From: Patescibacteria group bacterium
Lineage (GTDB): Bacteria; Patescibacteriota; Minisyncoccia; Moranbacterales; UBA2206
Direction of reading: 5' to 3'
Length of the DNA stretch: 64,000 bases
NCBI GenBank assembly: GCA_030837625.1
Contig: JAUPKF010000002.1
Span: 168-64,167 of the forward strand
The position numbers were made by a program, and so were the translations under genes. The notes beneath the pieces are model-generated. The model was not told the origin of the DNA. It made no database searches and worked only from the letters and a program-made list of their open reading frames with translations. Within the stretch, counting starts at the first letter, position 1. Each line of letters opens with the position of its first letter. Shown piece by piece: positions 1 to 9,245 of the stretch.

Positions 1-133
1 CAAGCTTTCCTCTATCCTATCAAAAGAATGGCTATTAAAAACTACCTCTTATCGAGCACAAAGTAGCACGGGACGTTTGAATCAAGTAAATAAATTACTT
101 ATCAAAAATCCTCAAACATAAAGAATACAACCA

Positions 134-160
134 AAAAAGGCTTGATAAAGCCTTTTTTTG
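134..160. terminator. bidirectional rho-independent terminator hairpin (aaaaaaggcttgataaagccttttttt)
   Basis: perfect hairpin flanked by A-run and T-run, lies between tRNA genes. Confidence 0.6.
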
Positions 161-232
161 AGCGGGTAACGGGAATCGAACCCGTCTCTCGTCCTTGGCA
201 AGGACGTATAATAGCCACTATACGATACCCGC
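161..232 (-). tRNA. tRNA-Gly(GCC)
   Basis: hand-folded cloverleaf: acceptor gcgggta/tacccgc, anticodon loop ttGCCaa, T-loop ttcgatt. Confidence 0.85.
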
Positions 233-397
233 CTGCCGCATTTCCTTTTGATATTAAGTCCATAATACTCCATCAATAGATAATCCATAATCGGAGAGTA
301 ATAACTTTATATATCGTTAGGAAATGCCGCAGGCACGCCCATATCATTAGGAAATTTCGCGGGCGCGCCTGCTGCTTTTCATTTTTTAACTGTTTTT

Positions 398-473
<76 letters not shown>

Positions 474-477
474 GTGT

Positions 478-549
478 GGATCCTATAGGACTCGAACCTA
501 TGACATCTTCGATGTAAGCGAAGCGCTCTACCAACTGAGCTAAGGATCC
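478..549 (-). tRNA. tRNA-Val(TAC)
   Basis: acceptor ggatcct/aggatcc, anticodon stem cttcg/cgaag with loop ctTACat, T-loop ttcgagt. Confidence 0.8.
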
Positions 550-556
550 GAATATT

Positions 557-636
557 TAACGAATTGGGTAGACGAAGCGCTCTAGCCCCAGCCATAGGCT
601 GGTCAGCCTATGGCTGAAATTGAGCTAAGGATCCAA
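557..636 (-). pseudogene. truncated tRNA-Val-like 5' fragment with a 12-bp-stem hairpin inserted in the D-loop
   Basis: reverse complement reads ggatccttagctcaat[ttcagccataggctgaccagcctatggctg]gggctagagcgcttcg...; it shares the 5' acceptor/D and anticodon-stem 5' strand with the adjacent tRNA-Val(TAC) but lacks a 3' half. Confidence 0.5.
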
Positions 637-642
637 GAAGTG

Positions 643-727
643 TGCGAACGAGAGGACTTGAACCTCCATGGGATTGCTCCCACTACCACCTCAAGGTAGC
701 GCGTATACCAAGTTCCGCCACGTTCGC
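643..727 (-). tRNA. tRNA-Leu(GAG), class II with long variable arm
   Basis: acceptor gcgaacg/cgttcgc, anticodon loop ttGAGgt, variable arm tgggagcaatccca, T-loop ttcaagt. Confidence 0.85.
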
Positions 728-753
728 CTATCGCCTAAGCCAGCCAAAAAAAA

Positions 754-1224
754 CTATTTTTCCTCTTTGGTCATTTCTTTCGGGGCTTCTTCTTTCACTT
801 CCTCAACTGGCTTAACCGCTTCCGCCTGCGCGTATTGTTTGATATCCTTGTATTTCATCCGACTCTGCTTGGCGGTCAAGCTGCGGACATAATATAGCTT
901 GGCGCGCCGCACCTTGGCTCTTTTCACCAAGTCGATCTTCTCAATGTTTGGGGAATGGATTGGCAAGATCAATTCCACACCCACTCCGTGAGAGACTTTG
1001 CGAACGGTAATTTTCGGACTGGAGCTTTGGCGCGCAGAAATAGCGATAATCAGGCCTTCGAACATCTGGGTGCGTTCTTTCTCGCCTTCCTTGATGCGCA
1101 TATAAATTTTCACCACGTCTCCCGAGCGAAGGTCCGGCACAACTTTTGTCCTTTGATTCTTGTTGAATTCAATAACTTCCTGTCTCATATGATTTATTAT
1201 ATCAAAATTATTACTTTTAAACAA
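754..1224 (-). CDS. rplS: 50S ribosomal protein L19
   Basis: translation has the L19 core (GDVVKIY...ERTQMFEGLIIAI...ITVRKVSHGVGVE...KLYYVR) plus a Lys/Glu-rich C-terminal tail. Confidence 0.9.
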   Translation of the reverse strand: MFKSNNFDIINHMRQEVIEFNKNQRTKVVPDLRSGDVVKIYMRIKEGEKERTQMFEGLIIAISARQSSSPKITVRKVSHGVGVELILPIHSPNIEKIDLVKRAKVRRAKLYYVRSLTAKQSRMKYKDIKQYAQAEAVKPVEEVKEEAPKEMTKEEK

Positions 1225-1256
1225 AAAACAAGCTTTTAAAAGCTTTTTTGAAGCTT

Positions 1257-2213
1257 TTATATCCTATCTTCATTTCCAGCGTTTGTCAACGAATCCAGAA
1301 ATTTTTTCATATCTCCGGAGACATCCGTTTCGAAATAATACTTTTTGCCAAAAAGATTGAAACTTAGTTCTTTGGCGTGCAAAAGTTGCCTCCCGGCATC
1401 ATTTGCTCCGGAATATCTCTTGAGTTTATATATCTTGTCTCCCACAATCGGATGCCCGATTGATTTAAGATGAACCCTGATTTGATGCATTCGGCCGGTT
1501 TTTGGAGAAACTTCTACCAAAGAATAATCGGCAAATTTTTTTATAATCTTATATTCCGTAACAGCCTCCCTGATTTTAGTCTTGGTTTTTGTCCCAGCAA
1601 CGGTTTGTTTTTTATAATCAGCTGAACGCGCGATCGGTTTATCGATGATGCCGGAACTCCCCGGTTCGCCCAAATTGCCGTGCACTACCGCCCAGTAAGT
1701 TTTTTTAACTTCTCTTCTTTTGAATTTATTTTTAAGCTCCAAAAAGGTTTTCCGGTTGCGCGCCGCGATCATTATTCCGCTGGTGTCTTTGTCCAAGCGA
1801 TGAACTATTCCCGGCCGAACTTCCGGCGCGTCCCCGACGTTTTCAATTTCCGGAAACTTCGCCAAAAGCCCGCTGGCCAAAGTATCCTTCCTTTCCGCGC
1901 TGCTCGGATGGACAGTCAGTCCCGCCGGTTTATTGATAACAACAAAATTCTTGTCTTCAAAAATAATTTTGAATTTTATCTTCTCATTCGATCGTAACTT
2001 TATAATTTTTTCCGGAATATTTGTTTCTACTTTATCCCCTCCTTTTAGAATATAACTAGGCTTAACAGTTTTTTTATTCACTAAAACGTTTCCTTCTTTT
2101 ATATTTCGAACAATCTCGCCGCGAGTAGTGTTACCATTAAAAAAAATTTCCTCCTTGAGGAACTTATCAATTCTTTGACCTGAATTATTTTTTCCTGCAA
2201 TTATATTATTCAT
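1257..2213 (-). CDS. rluD: RluA-family 23S rRNA pseudouridine synthase (RluD-like, S4 domain + catalytic HRLDKDTSG)
   Basis: N-terminal S4-like RNA-binding region, catalytic motif HRLDKDTSGIMIAA, QIRVHL motif. Confidence 0.85.
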   Translation of the reverse strand: MNNIIAGKNNSGQRIDKFLKEEIFFNGNTTRGEIVRNIKEGNVLVNKKTVKPSYILKGGDKVETNIPEKIIKLRSNEKIKFKIIFEDKNFVVINKPAGLTVHPSSAERKDTLASGLLAKFPEIENVGDAPEVRPGIVHRLDKDTSGIMIAARNRKTFLELKNKFKRREVKKTYWAVVHGNLGEPGSSGIIDKPIARSADYKKQTVAGTKTKTKIREAVTEYKIIKKFADYSLVEVSPKTGRMHQIRVHLKSIGHPIVGDKIYKLKRYSGANDAGRQLLHAKELSFNLFGKKYYFETDVSGDMKKFLDSLTNAGNEDRI

Positions 2214-2215
2214 CG

Positions 2216-2299
2216 TGCGAATGAGAGGACTCGAACCTCCAAGGGATTGCTCCCACTAGCTCCTGAAGCTAGCGCGTATACCAATTCCGCCACATTCGC
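2216..2299 (-). tRNA. tRNA-Leu(CAG)
   Basis: acceptor gcgaatg/cattcgc, anticodon stem ctagc/gctag with loop ttCAGga, long variable arm tgggagcaatccc. Confidence 0.85.
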
Positions 2300-2320
2300 A
2301 AATTTATTACAGTGACTAAG

Positions 2321-2404
2321 TGCCGCGGGAGAGACTCGAACTCTCAAACCCTTGCGAGTACCAGTTCCTAAGACTGGCGCGTATGCCAATTCCGCCACCG
2401 CGGC
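2321..2404 (-). tRNA. tRNA-Leu(TAG)
   Basis: acceptor gccgcgg/ccgcggc, anticodon stem ccagt/actgg with loop ctTAGga, long variable arm. Confidence 0.85.
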
Positions 2405-2415
2405 TAATCTAGAAA

Positions 2416-2709
2416 TTATTCTAAGATATTCTTTAATCGTCTTACTTCATCTTTGAGCACCCCTTCGTTTTCATATTCCCCGTGATGGCGCGTTCCTTCT
2501 CCGTAAGTTTCCTTTTTCAAATCCAGATGGATATTTATCGTCATGTCCGCGCCGGACACTTTCACGTACATATGAAATCGCGGATAGCCTGACGCGCTGA
2601 ACGGCCGCACGAAACTCATCTCGTCCCCTTCGTGCCGCTGAAAAGCATACCCCGCCCGACGCAGCATACTGATAGCATTTTCTGTTATGTTTTTAATCTC
2701 TATAACCAT
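2416..2709 (-). CDS. hypothetical small protein (97 aa)
   Basis: intact ORF between the tRNA cluster and an AT-rich promoter-like region; no recognisable motif. Confidence 0.5.
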   Translation of the reverse strand: MVIEIKNITENAISMLRRAGYAFQRHEGDEMSFVRPFSASGYPRFHMYVKVSGADMTINIHLDLKKETYGEGTRHHGEYENEGVLKDEVRRLKNILE

Positions 2710-2804
2710 ATCGATTTTTTATCAAGACAAAGAAACTCTGTAAATGCAAAATGTAAATCTCAAAATGGAAAATTACAGATAAAAATTAAAAATATAATTT
2801 TAAA

Positions 2805-2860
2805 AATTTCACATTTTGCATTGTCATTTTTATTTTTGAGATTTGCATTTTGATTTGCTT
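2805..2860. repeat. low-complexity 'gatttgcattttgatt' repeat (GAATTT/GGATTTT family relative)
   Basis: cattttgcattgtcatttttatttttgagatttgcattttgatttg; related strings recur at 8455-8560. Confidence 0.5.
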
Positions 2861-2892
2861 GATTATTTATTCTTTACCACAAAGAATATCTT

Positions 2893-3741
2893 TTATAAAC
2901 TTAATATCTTTGTCGCAAGTATCGTATTCTTCACGAGCATCGCTATCGTCATCGGTCCGACTCCTCCTGGAACAGGAGTAATGGCGCCCGCCACATCCTT
3001 TACTTTTTCAAAATCAACATCCCCGATTATTTTTCCGTCTTCCGATCGATTAATTCCCACATCAATCACCGCCGCTCCCGACTTTATCATATCCGCGGTA
3101 ATCAAGCCGGCTTTTCCGGCGGCTGAAACCAAAATGTCCGCCTTCTCGCAATGGGCTTTCAAATCTTTAGTTCGAGAGTGGCATACCGTAACCGTCGCGC
3201 CCGCGTTGAGAAGCATCGCCGCCATCGGTTTTCCCACGATATTGCTCTTTCCGATAACCACCGCATCTTTCCCGACTATTTCAATTTCGTATTCTTTCAG
3301 CATTTCCATAACCCCCGCCGGAGTGCAAGGAAACATCCGACCGTTTCCGGAAAGCATCCGGCCGACATTCTCCGGATGGAAGCAATCCACGTCTTTTTTG
3401 GGATCAATCGCTTCAATGACTTCCTTTTCAACTATATGCCCAGGCAGCGGCAACTGGACTAGAATGCCGTGTATTTTTGAGTCGTTATTCAACTTTTCTA
3501 TCAAATTCATAACCTCCGCCTGATTTGTATCGCTATTGAGCCGATAAACTTTCGAATGAATTCCCAGCTCCTGACAAGCTTTTTCTTTATTGCTGACGTA
3601 AATCTTCGAAGCCGGATCATCCCCCGCCAACACCACAGCCAGCCCGGGAAAGACATTTCTTTCTTTCAACTCCTTAATGTCAACGCGAAGATTTTTTTTA
3701 ATTTTTCCAGAAAGCGCTTTGCCATCTATAATACATGCCAT
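2893..3741 (-). CDS. folD: bifunctional methylenetetrahydrofolate dehydrogenase/cyclohydrolase
   Basis: FolD hallmarks: GLAVVLAGDDPASKIYVSNK, GILVQLPLP, VIGKSNIVGKPMA, PVPGGVGPMTIAML. Confidence 0.92.
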   Translation of the reverse strand: MACIIDGKALSGKIKKNLRVDIKELKERNVFPGLAVVLAGDDPASKIYVSNKEKACQELGIHSKVYRLNSDTNQAEVMNLIEKLNNDSKIHGILVQLPLPGHIVEKEVIEAIDPKKDVDCFHPENVGRMLSGNGRMFPCTPAGVMEMLKEYEIEIVGKDAVVIGKSNIVGKPMAAMLLNAGATVTVCHSRTKDLKAHCEKADILVSAAGKAGLITADMIKSGAAVIDVGINRSEDGKIIGDVDFEKVKDVAGAITPVPGGVGPMTIAMLVKNTILATKILSL

Positions 3742-3742
3742 A

Positions 3743-4198
3743 CTATTTCCTTATCTTTATCTTGTTATGTTTCAAAAGTCCGTACATGGCCAGATAAGCC
3801 GCCGCCGCGATAATTAAAGCTATCATAAAAAATCCCAAAAGTAAAGGCAGAGTAAGATCAAGAAAAACAACTTTCCCGATAAAATATTCCCACCCAAAAT
3901 CAAATCCTTCCTTATATTGCATAGCCAAATCGGCGTAATCTTTGTCGGATATTTTGGCGCCGATAAATGCCGCCGCGGGCAAAAGGACTACCGACAGCCA
4001 AGTATTGGTGGCCATCGCTCCGGACAGCGCCGCCAACCGGTTCAACCCAAAAAAAGCGGCGATGCAAAGAGTGATGACCAAGCCCACTCCCGGGAAAATT
4101 CCGAAAAAAATGCCTAACGCAAAACCGCCGGCTATTTTTTCCGGCGTATCGTTGATTAAAAAAAACTTTTCAAAAAACCGCTTCACCCTGGATTTCAT
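3743..4198 (-). CDS. DUF2062-family membrane protein
   Basis: polytopic; GFALGIFFGIFPGVGLVITLCIAAFFGLNRLAA pattern typical of DUF2062; 1-nt gap to the folD stop, suggesting an operon. Confidence 0.7.
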   Translation of the reverse strand: MKSRVKRFFEKFFLINDTPEKIAGGFALGIFFGIFPGVGLVITLCIAAFFGLNRLAALSGAMATNTWLSVVLLPAAAFIGAKISDKDYADLAMQYKEGFDFGWEYFIGKVVFLDLTLPLLLGFFMIALIIAAAAYLAMYGLLKHNKIKIRK

Positions 4199-4344
4199 AA
4201 ATTTGAGACTTACGCACTTGGCGAGAAATTATTCCCTGACAACTAACTTCTCCGGAATAAACTGGCATTAAACAAGCAAGGGGTTTGGTAGTTTCCAAGC
4301 GGTTGTTTTAATAATTTTGAGCCAAGTGCGTAAGTCTCAAAAAA

Positions 4345-6015
4345 TCAAAACAAGCCTTCGATTACTCCTTTATCATTTACATCGATTTTCTCCGCCGCCG
4401 GGATTTTCGGCAGTCCCGGCATCGTCATGATGTCGCCGGCAATCGCCACAATAAAACCGGCTCCGTTGCTGAGTCGAAGCTCCGAAATTGTGATGGTGAA
4501 TTTTTTCGGCCGGCCAAGAATTTTTGGATCGTCCGTGAGAGAATATTGCGTCTTGGCGATGCAAACAGGAACTTTATCCAGTTTGTCTTTTTCGATTCGA
4601 TCCATCTGTTTTAAAACTTTCGAGCTAAATTCCACTTTCTGGGCGCCGTAAATTTTTTTGGCAATCGTTTCAATTTTAGTTTTGATATGTTGCGTTTCGC
4701 CGTAAAGCGTTTTGAAATTTGATTTCTTCTTCGCCAAGGTTTTCAGGACTTTCTCCGCTAATTCCTTTCCGCCATCCCCTCCTCGCGCCCACACCTCGCT
4801 AAGGGCCGCCTCCGCTCCCAGCGACTTGCATTTGGCCAGCACAAATTTGGTTTCCGCCGCCGTGTCGGTTGGAAAAACATTTATCGCCACCACCACCGGC
4901 ACGCCGAACTTTTTGAGATTTTCAATGTGTTTTTCCAAGTTAACTGTGCCGCGTTTGAGAAACATCAAGCTTGGCATAACCAGCGTATCCGCGTCCATTC
5001 CGCCGTTATATTTCAGCGCCCGCACCGTCGTCGTCAGCACCGCCGCGTCCGGTTTTAACCGGGCCAGGCGGCATTTGATATCGAAAAACTTTTCCGCTCC
5101 AAGATCGGCGCCGAAACCCGCTTCGGTAATCAAATAATCTCCGAGCTTCAGGCCATAACGCGTTGCTGCGATCGAATTGCACCCATGGGCGATGTTGGCA
5201 AAAGGCCCGCCGTGAATGAGAGCCGGGGTGTGTTCCAATGTTTGCACGAGATTCGGTTTCATCGCATCTTTCAGAAGCGCCGCCAACGCGCCGGCCGCTT
5301 TCAAATCTTTGGCGTACACCGGCTTTCCCGAGTATGAATAAGCGATAATTATTTTCTCCAGCTTTTTTTTCAAATCCGCCAAGTTTTCTGCCAAACATAA
5401 AATCGCCATAATTTCCGACGCGACCGTAATATTGAACCCGTCTTCCCGCGGCACTCCCTGCGCTTTTCCGCCGAGCCCGCAAACAACAAACCGTAGTTCC
5501 CGATCATTCAAATCCATACACCTTTTCCAAAGAATTTGCCGCGGATCGATTCCCAATTCGTTGCCCTGAAAAATATGATTATCAATCACCGCCGAAAGCA
5601 AATTGTTGGCGGTCGTGATAGCATGAATGTCACCGGTGAAATGCAAATTAATATCTTCCATCGGCATCACTTGGGAATATCCGCCGCCCGCCGCCCCGCC
5701 CTTCATTCCCATGCACGGCCCCAGCGATGGTTCACGAAGAGCCAGCATGGTTTTTTTGCCAAGCTTGTTCATCGCTTGCGCCAGACCGATGGAAGTAGTC
5801 GTCTTTCCCTCACCCATCGGAGTGGGGTTTATGGCCGTCACCAAAATCAGTTTTCCGTCTTTGTTATTTTTGATCCGCTCCCACAGCTCCGGCTTCAGCT
5901 TGGCCTTGTGGTCGCCGTAAAGCTCCAACTCATTTTCTCGGATGCCAACTTGCGCCGCGATTTCCTTGATATGTTTCATCTTCGCAACTTGCGCGATTTG
6001 AATGTCTGATTTCAT
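4345..6015 (-). CDS. fhs: formate--tetrahydrofolate ligase
   Basis: 556 aa; FTHFS motifs [52 protein letters not shown]. Confidence 0.95.
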   Translation of the reverse strand: MKSDIQIAQVAKMKHIKEIAAQVGIRENELELYGDHKAKLKPELWERIKNNKDGKLILVTAINPTPMGEGKTTTSIGLAQAMNKLGKKTMLALREPSLGPCMGMKGGAAGGGYSQVMPMEDINLHFTGDIHAITTANNLLSAVIDNHIFQGNELGIDPRQILWKRCMDLNDRELRFVVCGLGGKAQGVPREDGFNITVASEIMAILCLAENLADLKKKLEKIIIAYSYSGKPVYAKDLKAAGALAALLKDAMKPNLVQTLEHTPALIHGGPFANIAHGCNSIAATRYGLKLGDYLITEAGFGADLGAEKFFDIKCRLARLKPDAAVLTTTVRALKYNGGMDADTLVMPSLMFLKRGTVNLEKHIENLKKFGVPVVVAINVFPTDTAAETKFVLAKCKSLGAEAALSEVWARGGDGGKELAEKVLKTLAKKKSNFKTLYGETQHIKTKIETIAKKIYGAQKVEFSSKVLKQMDRIEKDKLDKVPVCIAKTQYSLTDDPKILGRPKKFTITISELRLSNGAGFIVAIAGDIMTMPGLPKIPAAEKIDVNDKGVIEGLF

Positions 6016-6097
6016 ATAATTTACGAACTTACGAATTTAGCGAAAGTACGAAAAATAACACGTGTCTATTCGTAATTTCGTCAGATTCGTATTTTTG
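6016..6097. repeat. MITE-like 'tacgaa' element copy (TIR tttacgaacttacgaatttagcgaaagtacgaaa / ttcgtaatttcgtcagattcgtattt)
   Basis: inverted 'acgaa...ttcgt' ends; same family at 6546-6750, 18097-18195 and 21541-21580. Confidence 0.6.
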
Positions 6098-6101
6098 TGA
6101 A

Positions 6102-6545
6102 TTACTCCCCGATCATCTGCAGATTGATCATTCTCGGCCGGGCATTGTCGAGTTCGACTGCGAAGATTCTTTGCCATTTCCCCAATTGCAGTTTTTCTTC
6201 CACGATATTCAAAAACACGCCAGGAGTGAGAAACAAGGCTTTGCAATGAGAATGGCCGTTTATCGGTTCGTTGGGATTCATATTGACTGTGCGAATTTCG
6301 AAATTATCATGCATATATTTCATCGTCCGCGGCGCCACTTTCTCCAACGTCTTTTTAAGGTCGCCCAAAAGCAGCGGCTCGGCTTCTTGGATGATCACCG
6401 CCATGGTCGTATGCATCGACTGGATATTGATTACGCCGTCCTTTATCCCCTTCTCTTTGACAATTTTCACCACCTTGTCAGTGATATCGATAAAATCCAG
6501 CGTCGCGCTGGTAGTGAGTTTGATGATATGATTTTTTATTTTCAT
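6102..6545 (-). CDS. yjbQ: YjbQ/UPF0047 family protein (secondary thiamine-phosphate synthase-like)
   Basis: 147 aa; typical YjbQ pattern (ITD...VINIQSMHTTMAVII.E....DL...LE..AP). Confidence 0.75.
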   Translation of the reverse strand: MKIKNHIIKLTTSATLDFIDITDKVVKIVKEKGIKDGVINIQSMHTTMAVIIQEAEPLLLGDLKKTLEKVAPRTMKYMHDNFEIRTVNMNPNEPINGHSHCKALFLTPGVFLNIVEEKLQLGKWQRIFAVELDNARPRMINLQMIGE

Positions 6546-6750
6546 AGGTTACGAAATACGAAATTAACGAATTACGAAACGCTTTAATAAAATTAGTATT
6601 GCGCGGACACATTGTCCGCATTGCCATTAACTAAACTAAATCTGCCGTATTATTTACTCATTCAGCTATTCGATACATTGCGATACAATCATTACTACCT
6701 TTTAATGCGAAATGCTTTTCGTATTTCGCTTATTTCGTAGTTCGTAAAAT
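6546..6750. repeat. MITE-like 'tacgaa' element, about 200 bp, with terminal inverted repeats
   Basis: ggttacgaaatacgaaattaacgaattacgaaacgc ... gcttttcgtatttcgcttatttcgtagttcgtaaaat. Confidence 0.65.
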
Positions 6751-7388
6751 TATACGATTTCCAGACACACCTTCCCCAGAATCTCCACCGCTTTTTTGTT
6801 TTTTCTTAACTCTTCAACCGAAACCATAATCTCATTGAGGGCAAGTCTTGGTTGTTTATTTAAAAATATACGTATTGATCTATCATCCGGCTTCCCTTCC
6901 ACATACTTTGCCAAAATAGCATACCATAGATAAAAAGTTTCCTTTGTTACACCCACACCCGAATCAAAATAAGGCGGGTTATTGAAATAGCCGGTTATCT
7001 TTTCCCAGTTGTTATAATTCTCATAAACTATTTCGTCTTCCAGCATCTTTGCCGGATGATTATAAAGATCTGCCGCGTATTTCAAAGAATAAAAATCATA
7101 TTTATTCAAGATCTCTTCCCGCCGCATATCGCAAAAAAGATGAAACTTCCAGCCGGCTTCGAAAGAACTTAGCCCTTCAAAGTTTAAATCAAGCACAGGA
7201 AAACGCAAATGGGTATCTTTTCTTTTTATGTTGTCGTCAATGCGCCGGATATCCGGGAAAACGCATCCCAGCAAAAACTCGTCCCGATTCAAATTTTCGG
7301 GCGGAATATTATTATCGTCCGTTCCCATCTTATCCAACCGGTCGAAATATTTTTTCGCGTAAACAATGTGCGAAACTTGTGAAGCCAT
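6750..7388 (-). CDS. hypothetical protein (212 aa)
   Basis: intact ORF with coding-like composition; no motif recognised with confidence. Confidence 0.5.
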   Translation of the reverse strand: MASQVSHIVYAKKYFDRLDKMGTDDNNIPPENLNRDEFLLGCVFPDIRRIDDNIKRKDTHLRFPVLDLNFEGLSSFEAGWKFHLFCDMRREEILNKYDFYSLKYAADLYNHPAKMLEDEIVYENYNNWEKITGYFNNPPYFDSGVGVTKETFYLWYAILAKYVEGKPDDRSIRIFLNKQPRLALNEIMVSVEELRKNKKAVEILGKVCLEIV

Positions 7389-7519
7389 AAGAAAGTATCA
7401 GGTATCTTGTATGAAGTATAATGTATTCTTCCAAAAAAGAAAAACCGCCAAGCATACTGCCTGACAGCTTCTACTCATTCGCTCCCATTAGCGAAAATTA
7501 GCCCTGCTTTCGCGAGTAG

Positions 7520-9160
7520 TTATTCGACCCAGTACTTTTTTTTCATAAATTCTTCTTCTTTTTTATTCTCCTCCTCGATCTTATTCTTAGCCTGGTTTCG
7601 CAAGGTTCCGATATCTTCTTTATTCAATTCCGCGGATATTTTCAGCAAATCTTTTTTATTGTTCAGTTTGGGATCGTCAATAACTTTCATGAGCAAAACA
7701 TCCAAAATAGCTCCGATTTTCGGCCCGGGCCCCAGCGCCAATTTTTTTATCAAATCATCGCCGTTTATTTTCAGCTGTTTTACGGAAATGGCGTCACGCG
7801 AAACTTTTTCCACCATAAATTTGAAGTGACGGAGTTTATACGGCACGGCTTTTGGCACGCCCGAGCCAAGCCGATCAGCAATCCTGACGTCGATCAAATC
7901 ATTGATATTTTCCAAGCCGACTTTGCGAACCACCCGCCGCACACCGGCTTCCCCCACTTCATCAACGTTATAATAGAACATGTGATTTTTGACCAAAAGC
8001 GAAACCTTGTCGATTATATTTCTTGAAAACCTTAACCGCTCCAAAATCCTTTCAGCCATTTTCGCTCCGGCGTATTCGTGGTTATAAAAGGTCGCGTTTT
8101 CGCCCGCGCCTCTCTTAGTTTTCGGCTTGCCAATATCGTGCAGAAGCGCCGCCAGCCGCACTTCCAACTTTTCCGACGGACATTTTTCCAAACTAGCCAC
8201 CAAGTGTTTATAAACAGTATTATACGGGCCATAGTAATGATGATGGCTTTGAGTCACGCCGTATCCGGCTTCGATTTCGGGAATGATATATTGAAGCAAT
8301 CCTGTCTCATGAAGCAATTCAATCCCCCGCGCCGGAGCGGGAGATAGAATAATTTTCTCCAGTTCGTCTTTAATTCTTTCCGCTGAAATATATTTTAAAT
8401 TGGAAGCGTTTTTATTTATGGCCGCGAAAGTCTCGTTATCAATTTTCCAGCTTTGTATTTCTTTTTTATCATTTTTTAATTTTGCATTGTCATTTCGATT
8501 TTTTCGGCCAGAGGCTGATCCGCCTTTGGCGGAGATTTTTGATTTTTGATTTTCTAAAGTTACAGCAAACCTCACGGCGCGCATCATCCTCAACGCGTCT
8601 TCATCAAATCTTTCGTTCGCATCCCCTACTGCTTTAATAATTTTATTACTCAAATCCTCCCGCCCATTGTAAGGATCAACTATTCTATATTCACTCTCAT
8701 TCTCTTTAATTTGTTCCGCTTTAGCGAGTGCAATAGCGTTTATCGTAAAATCCCTTCTCGACAAATCTTCTTCCAAGCTTTTGGCAAACTTAATCTCATC
8801 CGGATGCCTCTTATCACTATATTTTGACTCAACCCGATAAGTAGTTATTTCAACTATGATGTACTTGTCTTCTTCTTTGCTGTTTTGGATTTTGTTTTTT
8901 GGATTTTGAGATTTATTTGGAATTTGGAATTTTGGATTTGGGATTTTAACAGCTACTGTCCCAAACTCATTCTCATACACACTATCCGGAAATAATTTCA
9001 AAATCTCCTCCGGCTTCGCGCTTGTCGCCACATCCCAATCTTTCGGAATTTTATCCAATAGCATATCCCGCACGCATCCGCCCACGACAAACGCCTCAAA
9101 GCCGTTTTCTTCAAGTTTTCCAATCACTTCAACAACATACTTTGGAATTTTTTTGATCAT
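7520..9160 (-). CDS. cca: CCA-adding tRNA nucleotidyltransferase / poly(A) polymerase family with HD domain, carrying in-frame repeat insertions
   Basis: N-term GGCVRDMLL...DWDVAT (PolyA_pol head), HD region HDIGKP; start set at the internal Met (MIKKIPKY, 9160) because the upstream 33 codons overlap the neighbouring gene; the segments NPKFQIPNKSQNPKNKIQNSKEE and KNDKKEIQSWKIDNE are encoded by GAATTT-family repeat DNA. Confidence 0.85.
   Translation of the reverse strand: MIKKIPKYVVEVIGKLEENGFEAFVVGGCVRDMLLDKIPKDWDVATSAKPEEILKLFPDSVYENEFGTVAVKIPNPKFQIPNKSQNPKNKIQNSKEEDKYIIVEITTYRVESKYSDKRHPDEIKFAKSLEEDLSRRDFTINAIALAKAEQIKENESEYRIVDPYNGREDLSNKIIKAVGDANERFDEDALRMMRAVRFAVTLENQKSKISAKGGSASGRKNRNDNAKLKNDKKEIQSWKIDNETFAAINKNASNLKYISAERIKDELEKIILSPAPARGIELLHETGLLQYIIPEIEAGYGVTQSHHHYYGPYNTVYKHLVASLEKCPSEKLEVRLAALLHDIGKPKTKRGAGENATFYNHEYAGAKMAERILERLRFSRNIIDKVSLLVKNHMFYYNVDEVGEAGVRRVVRKVGLENINDLIDVRIADRLGSGVPKAVPYKLRHFKFMVEKVSRDAISVKQLKINGDDLIKKLALGPGPKIGAILDVLLMKVIDDPKLNNKKDLLKISAELNKEDIGTLRNQAKNKIEEENKKEEEFMKKKYWVE
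8455..8560. repeat. GAATTT/GGATTTT low-complexity repeat inside the cca coding region
   Basis: attttttaattttgcattgtcatttcgatttt...gatttttgatttttgattttctaaag. Confidence 0.55.
8878..8952. repeat. GAATTT/GGATTTT low-complexity repeat inside the cca coding region
   Basis: gctgttttggattttgttttttggattttgagatttatttggaatttggaattttggatttgggattttaacagc; the gctgtt...aacagc ends are inverted. Confidence 0.65.
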
Positions 9161-9245
9161 AGCATCTTCATTATCCCTCTCTCCCATAATCGGGAGGGAT
9201 GTCCAACGTACTCGTTGGACAGAGAGGGCACAACCGCTGCTGGTA

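Noticed and set aside
300-370. Two tandem 25-nt units (cgttaggaaatgccgcaggcacgccc / cattaggaaatttcgcgggcgcgcc), checked as a possible CRISPR array
   Set aside because: There are only two imperfect units without regular spacers and no cas genes, so this is not a CRISPR array.
2710-2892. AT-rich low-complexity stretch between the hypothetical gene and folD, checked as a possible mobile-element end
   Set aside because: It looks like a divergent promoter/UTR region with weak similarity to the GAATTT family only. There are no clear TIRs.
9161-9245. Nested palindrome ccctctctcc...tgtccaacgtactcgttggaca...gagaggg between trmB-like and cca, checked as a possible riboswitch or ncRNA
   Set aside because: Its position immediately after a stop codon and its simple stem-loop geometry fit an intrinsic terminator or attenuator better. 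There is no conserved riboswitch motif.
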